From Bacilli bacterium (lineage in GTDB: Bacteria; Bacillota_I; Bacilli_A; ML615J-28; CAG-698): a stretch of 64,000 bases of DNA. Made by a program: the position numbers and the translations under genes. The notes under the pieces were generated by a model. That model saw only the letters and a program-made list of their open reading frames with translations, did not search any database and was not told where the DNA came from. Location: contig CAKJYW010000021.1 in the NCBI GenBank assembly GCA_918272565.1, forward strand, positions 1,294-65,293. Reading direction: 5' to 3'. Shown here piece by piece: positions 37,967-49,022 of this stretch (position 1 is its first letter; each line of letters begins with the position of its first letter).

Positions 37967-38572
37967 ATGAGTCATTATTATCAATATGATCCATCATTGA
38001 AATCGAATAAAAAGCTTGTCACTTACACTTTTAAAGGTGAATTAGTGAAATTTAATTCCGACCTAGGAGTATTTAGTAAAGATCGAGTTGATTTTGGAAC
38101 TAATGTTTTACTAAATGCACTTGATGAAAATATTCTTGAAAGCACTAAGGAAGTGCTAGACGTCGGATGCGGTTATGGTGTAGTTGGTTTATCTATTGCT
38201 AAAAGATTTCCTAACACATCAGTCACTATGATTGATATTAACGATAGATGCGTTGATCTAACAAAAGAAAACATCAAATTAAATAATATCAAAAATGCTA
38301 AAGTGTTACTTAGTAATCTTTATTTAAATATCGATACTAATTTTGATTTGATAATCTCTAATCCTCCAATTAGGGCAGGAAAAGAAGTTGTTTCTAATGT
38401 TATTAAAGATGGCTATAATCGTCTTAATATCGGTGGTAAGATTATTGTTGTTATCCAAAAGAAACAAGGGGCTCCATCACTATCACGACTTATGCAAGAA
38501 GTGTTTGGTAATGTCGATTGCATAAGCAAAGAAAAAGGCTACTTTGTTTTAGAAAGCGAAAGAAAAAATTAA
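37967..38572 (+). CDS. class I SAM-dependent (RsmC/YbxB-like) rRNA methyltransferase
   Basis: 'VLDVGCGYGVVGL', 'MIDIN', 'NPPIRAGK'. Its position between rplL and rpoB equals Bacillus ybxB. Confidence 0.75.
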   Translation: MSHYYQYDPSLKSNKKLVTYTFKGELVKFNSDLGVFSKDRVDFGTNVLLNALDENILESTKEVLDVGCGYGVVGLSIAKRFPNTSVTMIDINDRCVDLTKENIKLNNIKNAKVLLSNLYLNIDTNFDLIISNPPIRAGKEVVSNVIKDGYNRLNIGGKIIVVIQKKQGAPSLSRLMQEVFGNVDCISKEKGYFVLESERKN

Positions 38573-38589
38573 TAATATGAATTCAATTG

Positions 38590-38650
38590 AGAGTAGTTCA
38601 TGAAAAGGAGTAGATATTTATCTACTAATTTCAGCTACTCTTATTTTTTT
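38590..38650 (+). terminator. probable terminator (long interrupted hairpin + T run)
   Basis: Outer stem AGAGTAG (38590-96) / CTACTCT (38635-41), inner stem GTAGAT / ATCTAC, followed by a T7 run. Confidence 0.5.
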
Positions 38651-38687
38651 TAGCGTTGAAAATTTTAAAACCAATTTAAAATTTTCA

Positions 38688-38716
38688 TTGACATATTGAC
38701 AAAATAAATATATAAT
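38688..38716 (+). promoter_or_regulatory. sigma-A type promoter of rpoB-rpoC
   Basis: TTGACA (38688-38693), 17-nt spacer, TATAAT (38711-38716). A second TTGACA at 38696 is mis-spaced. Confidence 0.6.
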
Positions 38717-38793
38717 AACATAATGCATTATAATGTGCATTTTTGCGCGTTATGGGGTTTTATGGCAGAATTTATAACTGTGAGGTGGAAATT

Positions 38794-41700
38794 TTGAGCT
38801 ACAAAAATGTTGTTTATGGTAAAAACCGTGTACGTAGAAATTATTCTAGAGTTCAAACCAATGTTGAACTTCCTGACTTAATCGAGGTACAAACTAAGTC
38901 ATTCGCTTGGTTTATTTCTGATGGCTTGAAGGAGTTGTTTGCTGAACTTTCTCCAATTAAAGATCATGCAGAAAAGATCGAATTATATTTTGGTGATTTT
39001 GAATTTGAAGAGCCTAAATATACAATTCCTGAAGCGAAGAGAAACGTTACTAGTTATTCTCGTCCTTTAAAGGTTGATGTTAAGCTAGTATCAAAAGAAA
39101 CAGGAGAAATTAAAGAACAAAAGATATTTTTAGGTGATTTCCCAATGATGACTCCATGGGGAACTTTCGTCATCAATGGTGCTGAGCGTGTAATTGTAAC
39201 TCAAATTGTACGTTCTGCTGGTGCCTTCTACTCTAAAGAAGTAGATAAGGCTACAGGACAGGTTAGATTCTATGGCCTTGTTATGCCAACACGTGGAGCT
39301 TGGATTGAATATGAAATGGGAAGCAAAGACATTTGGTATGCTAAGCTTGACCGTTCAAAGAAAATCCCTCTAACAACATTCTTAAGAGCTATTGGTCTTA
39401 ACTCAAATGAAGAAATCAATGATCTATATGATCCACAAGAAAAGAATCAATTCCTTGATAATACATTTGGCAAGGATGATGCTTTTGGTAGTGATGATGC
39501 TTTAGAAGAATTATATGATAAACTACGCCCAGGTGAAAAAGCTAATCCTGAAGGTGCTAGAAACTTCTTAGCAAGTCGTTTGTTTGAGGCCCGTAGATAT
39601 GATCTTGCAAGCGTTGGTCGTTATAAAGTTAATAAGAAACTTGACGTTTTAGAAAGAATTTTAGAAACTGGTGTTGAAAAATTCAAGTTTGCTAGTGACA
39701 TCGTTGATAATGAAACTGGTGAAGTTGTCTATACTAAAGGTACACAACTAACTAGAGAAATCGTTGATAATCTAGCTAAGAACCGTCAATGGTTTAGAGT
39801 TACTAAAGAATACGAACAAATGCTTGAAGGTACAAGCGTTGTACTAGAAATATTAGATGTTATTTTTGCTAAGAGTCATAACGAAGAATTCGTTAGATTA
39901 GTTGGTAATGATCAAACAGAAGAAAAGAACACTGTTACATTATCTGATATTTTAGCAAGCGTAGGTTATTTCATTAACTTACATGATAACATTGGTAGAA
40001 CAGATGATATTGACCATTTAGGTAATAGAAGATTACGTTTAATCGGTGAACTATTACAAAATCAATTCCGTGTTGGTTTAATGAAGATGGAAAAGATTAT
40101 TAAGGACCGTATGTCTACTTCTAACGATACTAAGAACATCGTTCCTCAAAATCTTATTAACATTCGTACACTAACATCAACAATGCGTGAATTCTTTGGT
40201 AGTAGCCAATTATCTCAATTCATGGACCAAATCAACCCACTATCTGAACTTACTCACAAACGTCGTATTTCAGCTTTGGGTGCTGGTGGTTTAACTAGAG
40301 ATAGAGCCGGCTTCGAAGTTCGTGACGTTCACGTAAGTCACTATGGAAGAATCTGTCCAATTGAGACTCCTGAAGGTCAAAATATCGGTTTGATTAACTC
40401 ACTAGCTACTTATGCTAGAGTTGATAAATATGGTTTCATTGAAACTCCTTATTTGAAAGTTGTTCAAGAAGAAGGAAAGAAACCACGTATTCTAAATGAT
40501 GAACTAGTTTATTTGACTGCTGATAAAGAAGAACAATACTATATCGCAGAAGCAAATGTTAAAGTAAATGAAAATCTTGAAATTGAGGATGAAACTGTAA
40601 TTACAAGACATTTAGGTGAAACAATCAAGACTGATGCTAAACGTGTTGATTTAATCGACGTTAGCCCTAAACAAATTGTAGCAGTATCACCAGCTTGTAT
40701 TCCATTCTTGGAACACGACGATGCAAACCGTGCCCTAATGGGTGCTAACATGCAACGTCAAGCTATTCCTCTACTCCGTCCAGAAGCTGCGTTTGTTGCT
40801 ACAGGAATTGAAGCAAAAGCCGCAAAAGATTCTGGTGTTGCTGTTGTGTGTGAAAATGATGGTGTTGTTGAGTATGCTGATGCTTTAAAGATTATCGTTA
40901 AAGAAGCATCTGGTGCACTTAAGACTTATTCATTAGTTAAATATGAGCGTTCAAACAATTCAACATGTGTTAACCAAAAGCCAATTGTAAAAGCTGGTGA
41001 AGTAGTTAAGAAAGGTGACATTTTAGCTGATGGTGCTTCTATGGACCAAGGTGAAATGGCACTAGGTAGAAATGTTGTTATTGCTTTCATGACATGGAAT
41101 GGTTACAACTATGAGGATGCCATTGTTATGAGTGAACGACTAGTTCAAGATGATGTTTATACTTCAATCCATATTGAAAAATATGAAGTTGAAGTTCGTG
41201 ATACAAAACTAGGAAAAGAAGAAATAACTGCTGAATTAGATGACAGAAAAGAAGCCAAGGCAAATCTTGATGAACATGGTATTGTTCGTCTTGGAGCTGA
41301 AGTTAAAGAAAATGATATTTTGGTTGGTAAGGTAACTCCTAAGGGACAAACTGAACCTACTCCAGAAGAAAGACTTTCTCACGCTTTGTTTGCTGATAAT
41401 TCTAAGGATGTTAGAAATACATCTTTACGTGTTCCTCATGGTGGTGGAGGAATCATTCACCGTATTGAGCACTTTAGAAGAAAAGATGGTAACTGTGAAC
41501 TTGCTCCTGGTGTAAACGAAGTTGTTAGAGTTTACATCGTTCAAAAGAGAAAGATTACAGAAGGTGACAAGATGAGTGGTCGTCATGGTAATAAAGGTGT
41601 TATTTCTCGTATTTTACCTCAAGAAGATATGCCATATATGTTAGATGGTACTCCAGTTGATATCATGCTTAACCCTCAAGGTATTCCTTCACGTCTTAAT

Positions 41701-42357
41701 ATTGGTCAAGTTCTAGAAGTTCATCTAGGAATGGCTGCTAAGACTTTAGGTTGTCACATTGCAACTCCAGTATTTGATGGTGTTCATAACGAAGACCTAG
41801 AAGAAATCATGAGAGAAGCAAAAGCCGAACGTAAGAGACAAAATCCTGATATTCCTGATTTGATCAATGATGAAGGTAAAGCTGTCTTAATCGATGGTAG
41901 AACTGGTAAACCATTTGATAATAAGATCACTGTCGGTGTAATGTATATGATCAAGTTAGCCCACATGGTTGATGATAAATTACATGCACGTAGTGAAGGA
42001 CCTTACACTTTAGTTACTCAACAACCTATGGGTGGTAAAGCTCAAAATGGTGGTCAAAGATTTGGTGAAATGGAAGTTTGGGCACTTGAAGCTTATGGTG
42101 CTGCATATACTTTACGTGAAATGTTGACAATCAAATCTGACGATATCGTTGGTAGAAACAAAGTTTATAAGGCAATCGTTGATGGTGAAAGAATTCCTGC
42201 TCCTGGTATTCCTGAATCATTCAGAGTATTAGTTAAGGAATTACAAAGCTTAGGATTAAGCGTTAAATTAATTGACACTGAAACTGGTGAAGATGTTGCT
42301 AACAAGAGTCTTGTTGAAGAGATTGCTCAAGCAACTAAAGCTAAGAAGTTAAGTTAA
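38794..42357 (+). CDS. rpoB: DNA-directed RNA polymerase subunit beta
   Basis: Conserved blocks throughout, such as 'GTFVINGAERVIV.Q', 'SQLSQFMDQ.NPL', 'NMQRQA.PL', 'GRHGNKGV'. The likely start is TTG 38794, 4 nt after GAGGTGGA. ATG 38752 and the ORF-track start 38743 cannot be excluded. Confidence 0.93.
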   Translation: MSYKNVVYGKNRVRRNYSRVQTNVELPDLIEVQTKSFAWFISDGLKELFAELSPIKDHAEKIELYFGDFEFEEPKYTIPEAKRNVTSYSRPLKVDVKLVSKETGEIKEQKIFLGDFPMMTPWGTFVINGAERVIVTQIVRSAGAFYSKEVDKATGQVRFYGLVMPTRGAWIEYEMGSKDIWYAKLDRSKKIPLTTFLRAIGLNSNEEINDLYDPQEKNQFLDNTFGKDDAFGSDDALEELYDKLRPGEKANPEGARNFLASRLFEARRYDLASVGRYKVNKKLDVLERILETGVEKFKFASDIVDNETGEVVYTKGTQLTREIVDNLAKNRQWFRVTKEYEQMLEGTSVVLEILDVIFAKSHNEEFVRLVGNDQTEEKNTVTLSDILASVGYFINLHDNIGRTDDIDHLGNRRLRLIGELLQNQFRVGLMKMEKIIKDRMSTSNDTKNIVPQNLINIRTLTSTMREFFGSSQLSQFMDQINPLSELTHKRRISALGAGGLTRDRAGFEVRDVHVSHYGRICPIETPEGQNIGLINSLATYARVDKYGFIETPYLKVVQEEGKKPRILNDELVYLTADKEEQYYIAEANVKVNENLEIEDETVITRHLGETIKTDAKRVDLIDVSPKQIVAVSPACIPFLEHDDANRALMGANMQRQAIPLLRPEAAFVATGIEAKAAKDSGVAVVCENDGVVEYADALKIIVKEASGALKTYSLVKYERSNNSTCVNQKPIVKAGEVVKKGDILADGASMDQGEMALGRNVVIAFMTWNGYNYEDAIVMSERLVQDDVYTSIHIEKYEVEVRDTKLGKEEITAELDDRKEAKANLDEHGIVRLGAEVKENDILVGKVTPKGQTEPTPEERLSHALFADNSKDVRNTSLRVPHGGGGIIHRIEHFRRKDGNCELAPGVNEVVRVYIVQKRKITEGDKMSGRHGNKGVISRILPQEDMPYMLDGTPVDIMLNPQGIPSRLNIGQVLEVHLGMAAKTLGCHIATPVFDGVHNEDLEEIMREAKAERKRQNPDIPDLINDEGKAVLIDGRTGKPFDNKITVGVMYMIKLAHMVDDKLHARSEGPYTLVTQQPMGGKAQNGGQRFGEMEVWALEAYGAAYTLREMLTIKSDDIVGRNKVYKAIVDGERIPAPGIPESFRVLVKELQSLGLSVKLIDTETGEDVANKSLVEEIAQATKAKKLS

Positions 42358-42387
42358 TTAACCATTATTATTTATGAGGTGACTATT

Positions 42388-45300
42388 TTGCAAAATAAGA
42401 AGAAATATAGTTATATCCAAATAGGAATTGCATCTCCTGAAGAAATCAGAAGTTGGAGTCATGGCGTTGTTAAAAACGGCGAGACTATCAATTATAGAAC
42501 ATTAAAGCCAGAAAAAGATGGTTTATTCTGTGAAGTAATTTTTGGACCAACTAAAGATTATCAATGCGCTTGTGGAAAGAGCAAGAGAAGTCCTAGAGGA
42601 GAATTAAAATGTGATAAATGTGGTGTTGAATTAACTGAAAGTAAAGTTCGTCGTGAACGTATGGGTCACATTGAACTTGAAGCTCCTGTTGTTCACACAT
42701 GGTTTTTAAAGAACAGTCCTTGTAAAATTGCTTTGATGCTTGACATGAAAACAAAGGATATTGAGGACATTGTTTACTTAGCATCATATATTGTAATCGA
42801 TCCAGGAAGTGTTGAAGAGTTATCAAAAGGTATGGTATTATCTGAACTTGACTACACTCAATATAAGATGAGATATGGTAGTACTAAGTTTACTGCTAAA
42901 AGCGGTGCTGAGGCTATTAAAGACTTATTAAAAGAGTTAAATCTTGAAGAAATTATAGCTGAATTAAGAGAAGAACTTAAGACTGCTACAAAGCAAAAGA
43001 AGGAAAAAATCGTTAAGAGACTTGAAGTTGTTGAAGCATTTGCACGTAGTGGAAATAAGCCTGAATGGATGGTTATGGAAGCTATTCCAGTACTTCCTCC
43101 TGACTTAAGACCAATGGTTCAACTAGATGGTGGACGTTTCGCCACAACAGACCTTAACGACTTATATCGTCGTATTATAAATAGAAATAATCGTTTACGT
43201 CGTCAAAAGGATCAAGAAGCTCCTTCTCTAATCGTTAAGAACGAAAAGAGAATGCTTCAAGAAGCTGTTGATGCCTTAATCGATAATTCTAAACGTGGAA
43301 AGAAAGCAGCTATTGAAAAGAATAGACCACTTAAGTCTCTATCTGACTTACTTCGTGGTAAGCAAGGACGTTTCCGTCAAAACTTACTAGGTAAGCGTGT
43401 TGACTATTCTGGACGTAGTGTTATTTGTGTAGGACCTGACCTACAAATGTACCAATGCGGTATTCCACGTGAGATGGCTCTAATTCTATTTAAGCCTTTC
43501 ATTATTAATGCTATTTTAAAGAATAACGAAGAACAACAAGATGGTAATCAACAAAAGATTAGCGTTAAGACTGCTAAAGAAATGATTGAAACAGGCGATC
43601 CAATCGCTATGACTGAACTTGAAAAGATCGTTGTTGAACACCCAGTTTTATTAAACCGTGCTCCAACTCTTCATAGACTTGGTATTCAAGCATTCGAACC
43701 TAAACTAGTTGAAGGTAAAGCAATCAGACTTCACCCACTAGCTTGTACAGCATTTAACGCCGACTTCGATGGTGACCAAATGGCTGTCCATCTACCACTT
43801 TCTGAAGAAGCTCAAGCTGAAGCAAGATTATTAATGCTTGCAAGTAAAAACATCCTAGCTCCAAAAGATGGTAAACCAATCGTTACTCCATCTCAAGACA
43901 TGGTTTTAGGTAACTATTATCTAACAATCGAAGATAATAACGATGAAAGAAACGGTAGAGTATTCAAAGACATCGAAGAAGTTGAAATGGCTTATGAAAA
44001 TGGTGAAATTGGATTCCATACACGTTTTGCTATTCCTGCAAAGAACGTCCTAGATTCTCATTTTACCGAAGAGCAATTAAAGAAATATTTAGTAACTACA
44101 TATGGTAAGATTATCTTCAATACTATTTTCCCTTATGCTGAAAAATATGAAGATAAAGTTCCATTTGTTACTGAAGCTGATGTTAAGAATATCATCGATA
44201 AGACAAGTGATAAGTTCTTCATTGAAAAAGGAACTAATATCAAAGAAGAAATCAAGAAGATTGAAGTTCCTCATCCATTCAAGAAGAAATTCTTATCAGT
44301 TGTAATTGCTGAAGTATTCAAGAAGTTCAAACTAGCTGAAACATCTAAGACACTAGACAAGATGAAAGACTTAGGATTCAAGTATTCTACTGTTGCTGGT
44401 ATCACTGTAAGTGCTGCTGACATCAATGAAGTTGAAACTAAACCTGAACGTCTTGCTGCAGCTGATAAGATCGTTAATGAATACGATAGATTTAACCAAC
44501 ACGGCTTATTAACCGAAAAAGAATATCATAGATTAGTTGTTAAAGTATGGCAAGATGCTAAGAACCTACTTAAAGATGATATTAAGAAAGACGTTGATAA
44601 GAACTACATCACTAACCATATTTACATGATGAGTGACTCTGGTGCCCGTGGTAGTATCGACAACTTCGTACAACTTTCAGGTATGCGTGGACTTATGGCT
44701 AAGCCTAATGGTGAAGAAATGGATATTCCAATTCGTGCATCATTCAAGAAAGGTTTAACAATGTCAGAGTTCTTCGTATCTACCCATGGTTCAAGAAAAG
44801 GTTCAACTGATACAGCCTTAAAGACAGCTGAATCAGGATACTTAACTAGACGTCTAGTTGACGTAAGTCAAGATGTTATCGTTAGTGAAGAAGACTGTCA
44901 TACAGATAAAGGTATGGCTGTTAAGACTCTATATAATAATGATGGAACAGTTGTTGTGCCACTATTTGATAGAATTAGAGGTCGTTTCACTAATAAACCA
45001 GTTTATGATCCATCAACTGGTGAAATGATTATCGATAAGAATGAGTTTGTTAATGACCAAATGGCTGAACGTATTGTTAAAGCAGGAGTAGAAGAAGTTT
45101 ATATTAGAACTCTTCTTACTTGTAATTGCCACAATGGCGTTTGTGTTAAATGTTACGGTTCTGACCTTTCAACTGGTGATATTGTTGAAAAAGGTGAAGT
45201 TGTTGGTATCATTGCTGCTCAATCAATTGGTGAACCAGGTACCCAACTTACCATGAGAACATTCCACAGTGGTGGTGTTGCCGGTGGTGAAGATATCACT

Positions 45301-46047
45301 CAAGGTCTTCCACGTGTACAAGAACTATTTGAAGCACGTGAGCCAAAAGGTAAAGCTATCATTAGTGAAATCGATGGTGAAGTTATCGGATCTGAAGCTC
45401 ATAAAGATAATCGTTTTGAAGTTGTTATTGAAAACAAATATACTAAAGAAGTTAAGAAATACTTAACAGACAGTGGTAAAGTTCCAATCGTTAATGTTAA
45501 TGACCATGTTAAAGCTGGTCAAAAGTTAACAGAAGGTCAAATTCATCCAAAAGAACTAATCAGAGTTGGACAAGTAGAAGATGTTGAAAAATATATTTTA
45601 ATGGAAGTTCAAAAAGTTTATCGTTCTCAAGGTGTTGAAATCAGTGACAAACATATCGAAATTATCATTAAACAAATGTTAAGAAAGGTATTAGTTGTTA
45701 ACGCTGGTGATACTGACTTATTACCAGGATCACAAATTTCAAGAAATGAACTTCTTGCCACATTCAAAGAATGCATCGAAAATGGCAAACAACCTCCAGT
45801 TGTTAAACCAGTATTACTAGGTATCACAAGATCTTCTCTAAGAAGTGATTCATTCCTATCAGCTGCTTCCTTCCAAGAAACAACACGTGTTTTAACAGAA
45901 GCTGCGATTCGTGGAAAGAAAGATACTCTAGAAGGATTAAAAGAAAACATCATCATTGGTGGACTGATCCCTGCTGGAACTGGTATTACTTATGCTGATT
46001 ATAAATCAGTTGAAGTAGAAGATGCTCCTGAAGAGGAAATTGAATAA
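42388..46047 (+). CDS. rpoC: DNA-directed RNA polymerase subunit beta'
   Basis: Zn finger 'CACGK...CDKCGVE', catalytic '[12 protein letters not shown]'. The likely start is TTG 42388, 5 nt after GAGGTGA. The ORF-track GTG 42379 lies within the SD. Confidence 0.93.
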   Translation: MQNKKKYSYIQIGIASPEEIRSWSHGVVKNGETINYRTLKPEKDGLFCEVIFGPTKDYQCACGKSKRSPRGELKCDKCGVELTESKVRRERMGHIELEAPVVHTWFLKNSPCKIALMLDMKTKDIEDIVYLASYIVIDPGSVEELSKGMVLSELDYTQYKMRYGSTKFTAKSGAEAIKDLLKELNLEEIIAELREELKTATKQKKEKIVKRLEVVEAFARSGNKPEWMVMEAIPVLPPDLRPMVQLDGGRFATTDLNDLYRRIINRNNRLRRQKDQEAPSLIVKNEKRMLQEAVDALIDNSKRGKKAAIEKNRPLKSLSDLLRGKQGRFRQNLLGKRVDYSGRSVICVGPDLQMYQCGIPREMALILFKPFIINAILKNNEEQQDGNQQKISVKTAKEMIETGDPIAMTELEKIVVEHPVLLNRAPTLHRLGIQAFEPKLVEGKAIRLHPLACTAFNADFDGDQMAVHLPLSEEAQAEARLLMLASKNILAPKDGKPIVTPSQDMVLGNYYLTIEDNNDERNGRVFKDIEEVEMAYENGEIGFHTRFAIPAKNVLDSHFTEEQLKKYLVTTYGKIIFNTIFPYAEKYEDKVPFVTEADVKNIIDKTSDKFFIEKGTNIKEEIKKIEVPHPFKKKFLSVVIAEVFKKFKLAETSKTLDKMKDLGFKYSTVAGITVSAADINEVETKPERLAAADKIVNEYDRFNQHGLLTEKEYHRLVVKVWQDAKNLLKDDIKKDVDKNYITNHIYMMSDSGARGSIDNFVQLSGMRGLMAKPNGEEMDIPIRASFKKGLTMSEFFVSTHGSRKGSTDTALKTAESGYLTRRLVDVSQDVIVSEEDCHTDKGMAVKTLYNNDGTVVVPLFDRIRGRFTNKPVYDPSTGEMIIDKNEFVNDQMAERIVKAGVEEVYIRTLLTCNCHNGVCVKCYGSDLSTGDIVEKGEVVGIIAAQSIGEPGTQLTMRTFHSGGVAGGEDITQGLPRVQELFEAREPKGKAIISEIDGEVIGSEAHKDNRFEVVIENKYTKEVKKYLTDSGKVPIVNVNDHVKAGQKLTEGQIHPKELIRVGQVEDVEKYILMEVQKVYRSQGVEISDKHIEIIIKQMLRKVLVVNAGDTDLLPGSQISRNELLATFKECIENGKQPPVVKPVLLGITRSSLRSDSFLSAASFQETTRVLTEAAIRGKKDTLEGLKENIIIGGLIPAGTGITYADYKSVEVEDAPEEEIE

Positions 46048-46052
46048 AAAAC

Positions 46053-46100
46053 AAGGTAGTGCGAAAACTAGGTTGCTAGTAGAAAGCACTACCTTTTTGT
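46053..46100 (+). terminator. rho-independent terminator after rpoC
   Basis: 10-bp stem AAGGTAGTGC / GCACTACCTT with a large loop, then TTTTT. Confidence 0.65.
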
Positions 46101-46146
46101 TTGCTTTGATGGTATAATACTATTAACTAGGAGGTATCAAATTGAA

Positions 46147-47895
46147 ATGAAAAAGATAAATATTATTCTATTAATACTAATTGCAATGTTTTTGGTGTGC
46201 TGTGCTAAAGATATAGAAGAAGATCATAGCACCACTGAACCAGTTGCTGATACTCCTGAAGTTTTGGATGATGAAAAAGAGACACCTAAAGAAGAAGAGC
46301 CTATAAATGAGATTAATCCTTTTCTAGGATTAACTAACTCTTTTGAAATATTTGTGGGTGAAAAAATAGATTTTGGTGCTTTATTAAAAGGAATTGACTT
46401 TAGTGTTGAAGCTGATTCGAATAATGTTAGTGTTAACGGTAATGTAGTTGAAGGAGTAAATGAAGGGGAAACTAAAATCATTTTAAAAAAGGATGGTTTT
46501 AGTTTAGAAGTTAGAGTTAAGGTTAATCTAAAACCGGAATTTGATGTTAGTGATGTGGAATTATTTGTTGGAGAAACAGTTGATATTCCTCTTACTTTAA
46601 CTAACTGCTCTATTACTGATTTAAGAATAGAAAAAGATAATAACAATATTGAGATTAATGATGGCGTTATTAAAGGGGTTAGCGTTGGAGAAACTAATGT
46701 TAAGATTAGTTTAGGAGAGGTAACTAAAACAATTAAAGTAACAGTTAAACAAATAAAAGTAACAGTTTTAAATGGTAATGTTACTATTGATTGCCTTGAA
46801 ACATTAAAACTAGAACTTGATTATCCTAAAGATTTAGTTAAAGAAAGTGATATTACATATTATTTATATAAAGATGATATTATTGAGATAATTGATAATG
46901 TTATTTATCCTATTAGAGAAGGAAAAGTGAAGGTGCGCGTTCAAGTGAAAGATGATAAAACAACAAGCAGTGTCTTTGAAGTTAGTGTTACTGTTGATCC
47001 TGTTGCGATATTTAGGTTAGTTCATCAAGAAGAAGCCAAGATGCTAAAAGAGATTAGGCTATATGGAGAAGATAGTAATGGGAATGAGGCTTATGTTAGC
47101 CAAGAATTTTATGGAAGTGTCTCTTATTATTTCTTTGATTCACTTAATCTAGTTGAGCGAATAATTGATATTTATGATAATCCATATGTTGGTAAAGTGG
47201 CTACTCCTGAAATTATCAATGAAATTGATAAGAAGAAGAACAAATCATGTCCAGGTTACCCTCGTAGTGGAGTACTACTAACTGGTATTAATTATATTAC
47301 ATACCATGATACTGGTAATTTTAATGCCGGAGCTAAAGCACTATCTAACGCTAATTGGATGACTAATTCTTATAGTATTGCAGGGGCTGCTCGTAGTTGG
47401 CACTATACTGTTGATGATACAGAAGTTATCCACTCTATTCCTGATAATGAAGTAACATTCCAAGGCGACCACTACACTGCATACACCGAAAGTATCGGTA
47501 TTGAAACAGTTGTTAACCAAGGTGCTAATTTAGATAAAGTATGGCATAGAATGGGTAAACTTTGTGCAAAACTAATGACAACTTATGGAATTGATGTTGA
47601 TCACATCCGTCAACATTACGATTGGATGGGTAAGAATTGTCCTCAAACATTAAGAATGAATGGACTTTATAGCTATGCAATTGAAATGGTTAAAGCAGAG
47701 CTAATGGTTAGAAAATATTTAAGTGATTACACAATTAAATTTGAATCACTAACACCAGAATATTTAGATAATACAGGTAGTATTATTAAAGCTCCAACTG
47801 AAGAAATCACTGTTTCTTATAAATTAACGATTACTAACAATAATGGTTATAATGAAGAAGTAGTATTATCTACAGTTGTTAAACCAGTTAAATAA
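46147..47895 (+). CDS. lipoprotein with Big_2 Ig-like domains and C-terminal N-acetylmuramoyl-L-alanine amidase (amidase_2/PGRP-type) domain
   Basis: Signal peptide plus Cys (LIAMFLVCC). Big_2-like 'VGETKIILK', 'GVSVGETNVKISL'. Amidase_2 motifs 'ITYHDTGN', 'WHYTVDD', 'GIE', 'HYDWMGKNCPQ'. Confidence 0.75.
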   Translation: MKKINIILLILIAMFLVCCAKDIEEDHSTTEPVADTPEVLDDEKETPKEEEPINEINPFLGLTNSFEIFVGEKIDFGALLKGIDFSVEADSNNVSVNGNVVEGVNEGETKIILKKDGFSLEVRVKVNLKPEFDVSDVELFVGETVDIPLTLTNCSITDLRIEKDNNNIEINDGVIKGVSVGETNVKISLGEVTKTIKVTVKQIKVTVLNGNVTIDCLETLKLELDYPKDLVKESDITYYLYKDDIIEIIDNVIYPIREGKVKVRVQVKDDKTTSSVFEVSVTVDPVAIFRLVHQEEAKMLKEIRLYGEDSNGNEAYVSQEFYGSVSYYFFDSLNLVERIIDIYDNPYVGKVATPEIINEIDKKKNKSCPGYPRSGVLLTGINYITYHDTGNFNAGAKALSNANWMTNSYSIAGAARSWHYTVDDTEVIHSIPDNEVTFQGDHYTAYTESIGIETVVNQGANLDKVWHRMGKLCAKLMTTYGIDVDHIRQHYDWMGKNCPQTLRMNGLYSYAIEMVKAELMVRKYLSDYTIKFESLTPEYLDNTGSIIKAPTEEITVSYKLTITNNNGYNEEVVLSTVVKPVK

Positions 47896-47899
47896 ATAT

Positions 47900-47932
47900 A
47901 AGCTCCATATTAATAATTATGGAGCTTTTTTA
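47900..47932 (+). terminator. rho-independent terminator
   Basis: 9-bp stem AGCTCCATA / TATGGAGCT, then a T run. Confidence 0.75.
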
Positions 47933-47946
47933 ATTAAAGAAAAATG

Positions 47947-47974
47947 TTGACATTTAATAAAAAAAGTGTATAAT
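47947..47974 (+). promoter_or_regulatory. sigma-A type promoter of rpsL-rpsG-fusA
   Basis: TTGACA (47947-47952), 16-nt spacer, TATAAT (47969-47974). It leaves a ~100-nt 5' UTR. Confidence 0.6.
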
Positions 47975-48081
47975 ATAGTAGGAATTAATGAATAGGTGTT
48001 TCGGAGCGATTCGAGACATATATTTATGGATATTTGAAACGCCAGGAAATGTGGCAGATTTGATGAAAGGAGGAACATTAA

Positions 48082-48492
48082 ATGCCTACTATTAACCAAT
48101 TAGTAAGAAAAGAACGTGAGTCAAAAGTAAGAAAATCTAAATCACCTCATCTATCTGTTGGATATAACAGCTTAAAGATGGGATATACTTCAGTAGATTC
48201 TCCTCAAAAACGTGGTGTTTGTACACGTGTTACTACTACGACTCCTAAGAAACCTAACTCAGCAATGCGTAAGTATGCCCGTGTTCGTTTATCTAACGGA
48301 ATCGAAGTAACAGCTTACATTCCAGGAGTTGGCCATAAACTTCAAGAACATAGTGTTGTTCTTATTCGTGGTGGACGTGTTAAAGACTTACCAGGTGTTC
48401 GTTATCACATTATTCGTGGTACACTTGACACAACTGGAGTTGAAGGACGTAAACAAGCTAGAAGTAAATATGGCGCTAAGAGAGAAAAATAA
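48082..48492 (+). CDS. rpsL: 30S ribosomal protein S12
   Basis: 'PTINQL.RK.R', '[48 protein letters not shown]'. Confidence 0.96.
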   Translation: MPTINQLVRKERESKVRKSKSPHLSVGYNSLKMGYTSVDSPQKRGVCTRVTTTTPKKPNSAMRKYARVRLSNGIEVTAYIPGVGHKLQEHSVVLIRGGRVKDLPGVRYHIIRGTLDTTGVEGRKQARSKYGAKREK

Positions 48493-48534
48493 TATTTTAA
48501 ATTTAATTCATAATTATGAAAGGAGGAATTAAGC

Positions 48535-49005
48535 ATGCCACGTAAAGGACATACTCCCAAGAGAAAAGTTTTACCAGATCCAATTTATAATTCAGTTGTA
48601 GTAACTAAATTAATTAACAATATCATGTTAGATGGTAAAAAAGGTACAGCTCAAGAAATTTTATATGGTGCCTTCGCTAGAATCGAAAAGCAAACTGGAC
48701 GTCCAGCACTTGACGTATTCAATGAAGCACTTGCAAATATTACACCACAATTAGAGGTTCGTGCTCGTAGAATTGGTGGTGCTAACTATCAAGTTCCTTG
48801 TGAAGTTAGAGCTGAAAGAAAGATGACTCTTTGCTTAAGATGGTTAACACAATACTCTAGATTAAGAAAAGAGAAGACTATGGAAGAAAGATTGGCTAAC
48901 GAAATCATCGATGCTTCAAACGGTATTGGTAACTCTGTTAAGAAACGTGATGATACTCATCGTATGGCAGAATCTAATAAAGCATTCGCACATTATCAAT
49001 GGTAA
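48535..49005 (+). CDS. rpsG: 30S ribosomal protein S7
   Basis: 'PRKG...KR..LPDP.YNS..V.K.IN..M.DGKK', C-terminal 'MAE.NKAFAHY.W'. Confidence 0.96.
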   Translation: MPRKGHTPKRKVLPDPIYNSVVVTKLINNIMLDGKKGTAQEILYGAFARIEKQTGRPALDVFNEALANITPQLEVRARRIGGANYQVPCEVRAERKMTLCLRWLTQYSRLRKEKTMEERLANEIIDASNGIGNSVKKRDDTHRMAESNKAFAHYQW

Positions 49006-49022
49006 TATAGGAGTAGAATTGT

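Noticed and set aside
48329-48532. Same-strand alternative-frame ORFs inside conserved genes: 48329..48532 in rpsL, 44102..44305 and 45269..45466 in rpoC, 50437..50664 in fusA, 61512..61709 in the amidase gene.
   Set aside because: These are out-of-frame readings of well-supported genes. There are no initiation signals and the sequences are Lys/Leu-rich junk.
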